DNA from: the human T2T-CHM13v2.0 reference genome, Homo sapiens
Length of the DNA: 64,000 nucleotides
NCBI RefSeq assembly: GCF_009914755.1
Contig: NC_060925.1
Strand: one strand, 5' to 3'
Every line of letters begins with the position of its first letter. The first letter of the stretch is position 1. The notes beneath the pieces were generated by a model. That model searched no databases. It saw only the letters and a program-made list of their open reading frames with translations, and had not been told where the DNA came from. Shown one piece after another: positions 1 through 64,000 of this stretch. A program made the translations under genes and the position numbers.

Positions 1-345
1 CAGTGATTATCAGGGATTAGGAAGGAGGGAGAGATGAATAGACAGAGCACAGATTTTCAGGGCAGTGAAACTACTCTGTATGATAGTATAATGGTAGACA
101 CATGCCATTATACATTTGTTCAAACCCTTAGAATGCACAACACCAAGGGTAATGTAAACTTTAGACTCTGGGTGATAATGATATGTTAATGTAGGTTCAT
201 CAACTGTAACAAATGTACCGCTCTGGGTGAGGCATGTTAATAGTGGAGGAGGCTGGACATGTGTACAGGAAGAGGGCATTGAGAAATCTCTGTAACTTCT
301 GTTCAATTTCATCATGAACCTAAAACTGCTATAAAAAATAAAGTC
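1..345 (+). mobile_element. Old L1 3' end (L1MC-like)
   Basis: 'cattatacatttgttcaaaccc..aacaaatgtacc..gaaatctctgta..aataaagtct' resembles the L1MC 3' UTR. Confidence 0.65.
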
Positions 346-420
346 TGGTAAAGAAAAAAGATAACGCTTAATATCCATTAGGGTTCAGTTCAGGAAAATA
401 GGCAACTTCATGCACTATTA

Positions 421-63253
<62,833 letters not shown>

Positions 63254-64000
63254 TCAAACAGTGAGCAAGCAATGGCTTTTCTACTGCCAGGTGAATTAAT
63301 TCTTCATCTCATTCAATCACTTGTATACTCTTTATTTTTTAGGTATTCATTATATAAGTCAGCATAGTGGAGATTCCAGCTTGAGACTAAGTTGTGACAA
63401 GGCACATTTATGCATGAGGACTGGAGGAGTGGGTGCCAGAAAGCTGGTTACACAGAGACTTCTGGAAGAGAATCAGTCCTATGGGAGAGCCAAGTGTGGC
63501 CTAAGAAGCCACCCCAGTGGTTTGAAGGCAGGGCGGGAAGATAATTCTGAGTACATAATGGTGTCAGGAATTTAGGTTTATCTTTTAGTCTAGCCCTGGG
63601 GAGCCTCTGTCTGAGTCTCAGAGAGAGGTGGGGTTGGTTATTAAAAACAAAACAAGAATTAAAAATAAAAAGGAAAATAGATGTTTTGCTAAAATCTCCT
63701 TGATAAAGCATTTCATAGTACAAGTAATGTATTGACCAATTTTTAAATAAAGATTAAAAGATTATTTGGGGAACTTAGCATTAACTAAGTATTTTTATTA
63801 TAATCCTACTGAAGAATGTGCAGACATAACCAATGGTTGCTATTTGATGCCTTCAAAGATGGGGTCAGAATAAAACATCAGTTGGCAAGATGAATTCCTT
63901 CCATGATGCTCTGGGGCATGCTTAGATTGGCATGTACCATGTAAACATTAATTCCGCCCCAACACCCCGCTTTTCTTTCTTTCCCAACAGTTGCCAAAAA

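Noticed and set aside
63953-63995. GC boxes plus a plus-strand pyrimidine tract ending in AG (possible antisense exon)
   Set aside because: At the window edge with no downstream donor or other support visible

Overview
Primate, most likely human, genomic DNA. The window covers the middle of the minus-strand gene SPAG17 (sperm-associated antigen 17, PF6 ortholog, central-pair C1a projection protein of motile cilia and flagella). I traced 19 consecutive coding exons (63223 down to 546, 2872 nt, about 957 codons, probably exons 5-23) that join into one open frame with matching intron phases. One intron needs a non-canonical GC donor. The introns are full of transposable elements: Alus including a young AluYa5, L1PA3-like/L1MA/L1ME/HAL1 LINEs, L2, MIR, solo LTRs (MER61, MST, MER21, MER50, MLT1, THE1) and hAT DNA transposons (MER63, MER33, MER20). 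Repeat subfamily names come from recalled consensus sequences, not a database search. I found no evidence of a wholly new biological system. The best leads are splicing and regulatory candidates: the GC-AG intron, a poison alternative donor, (GU)13 and UAG clusters beside donors, a CTCF motif next to an RFX-like motif, a CRE plus Z-DNA element, and several local duplications.
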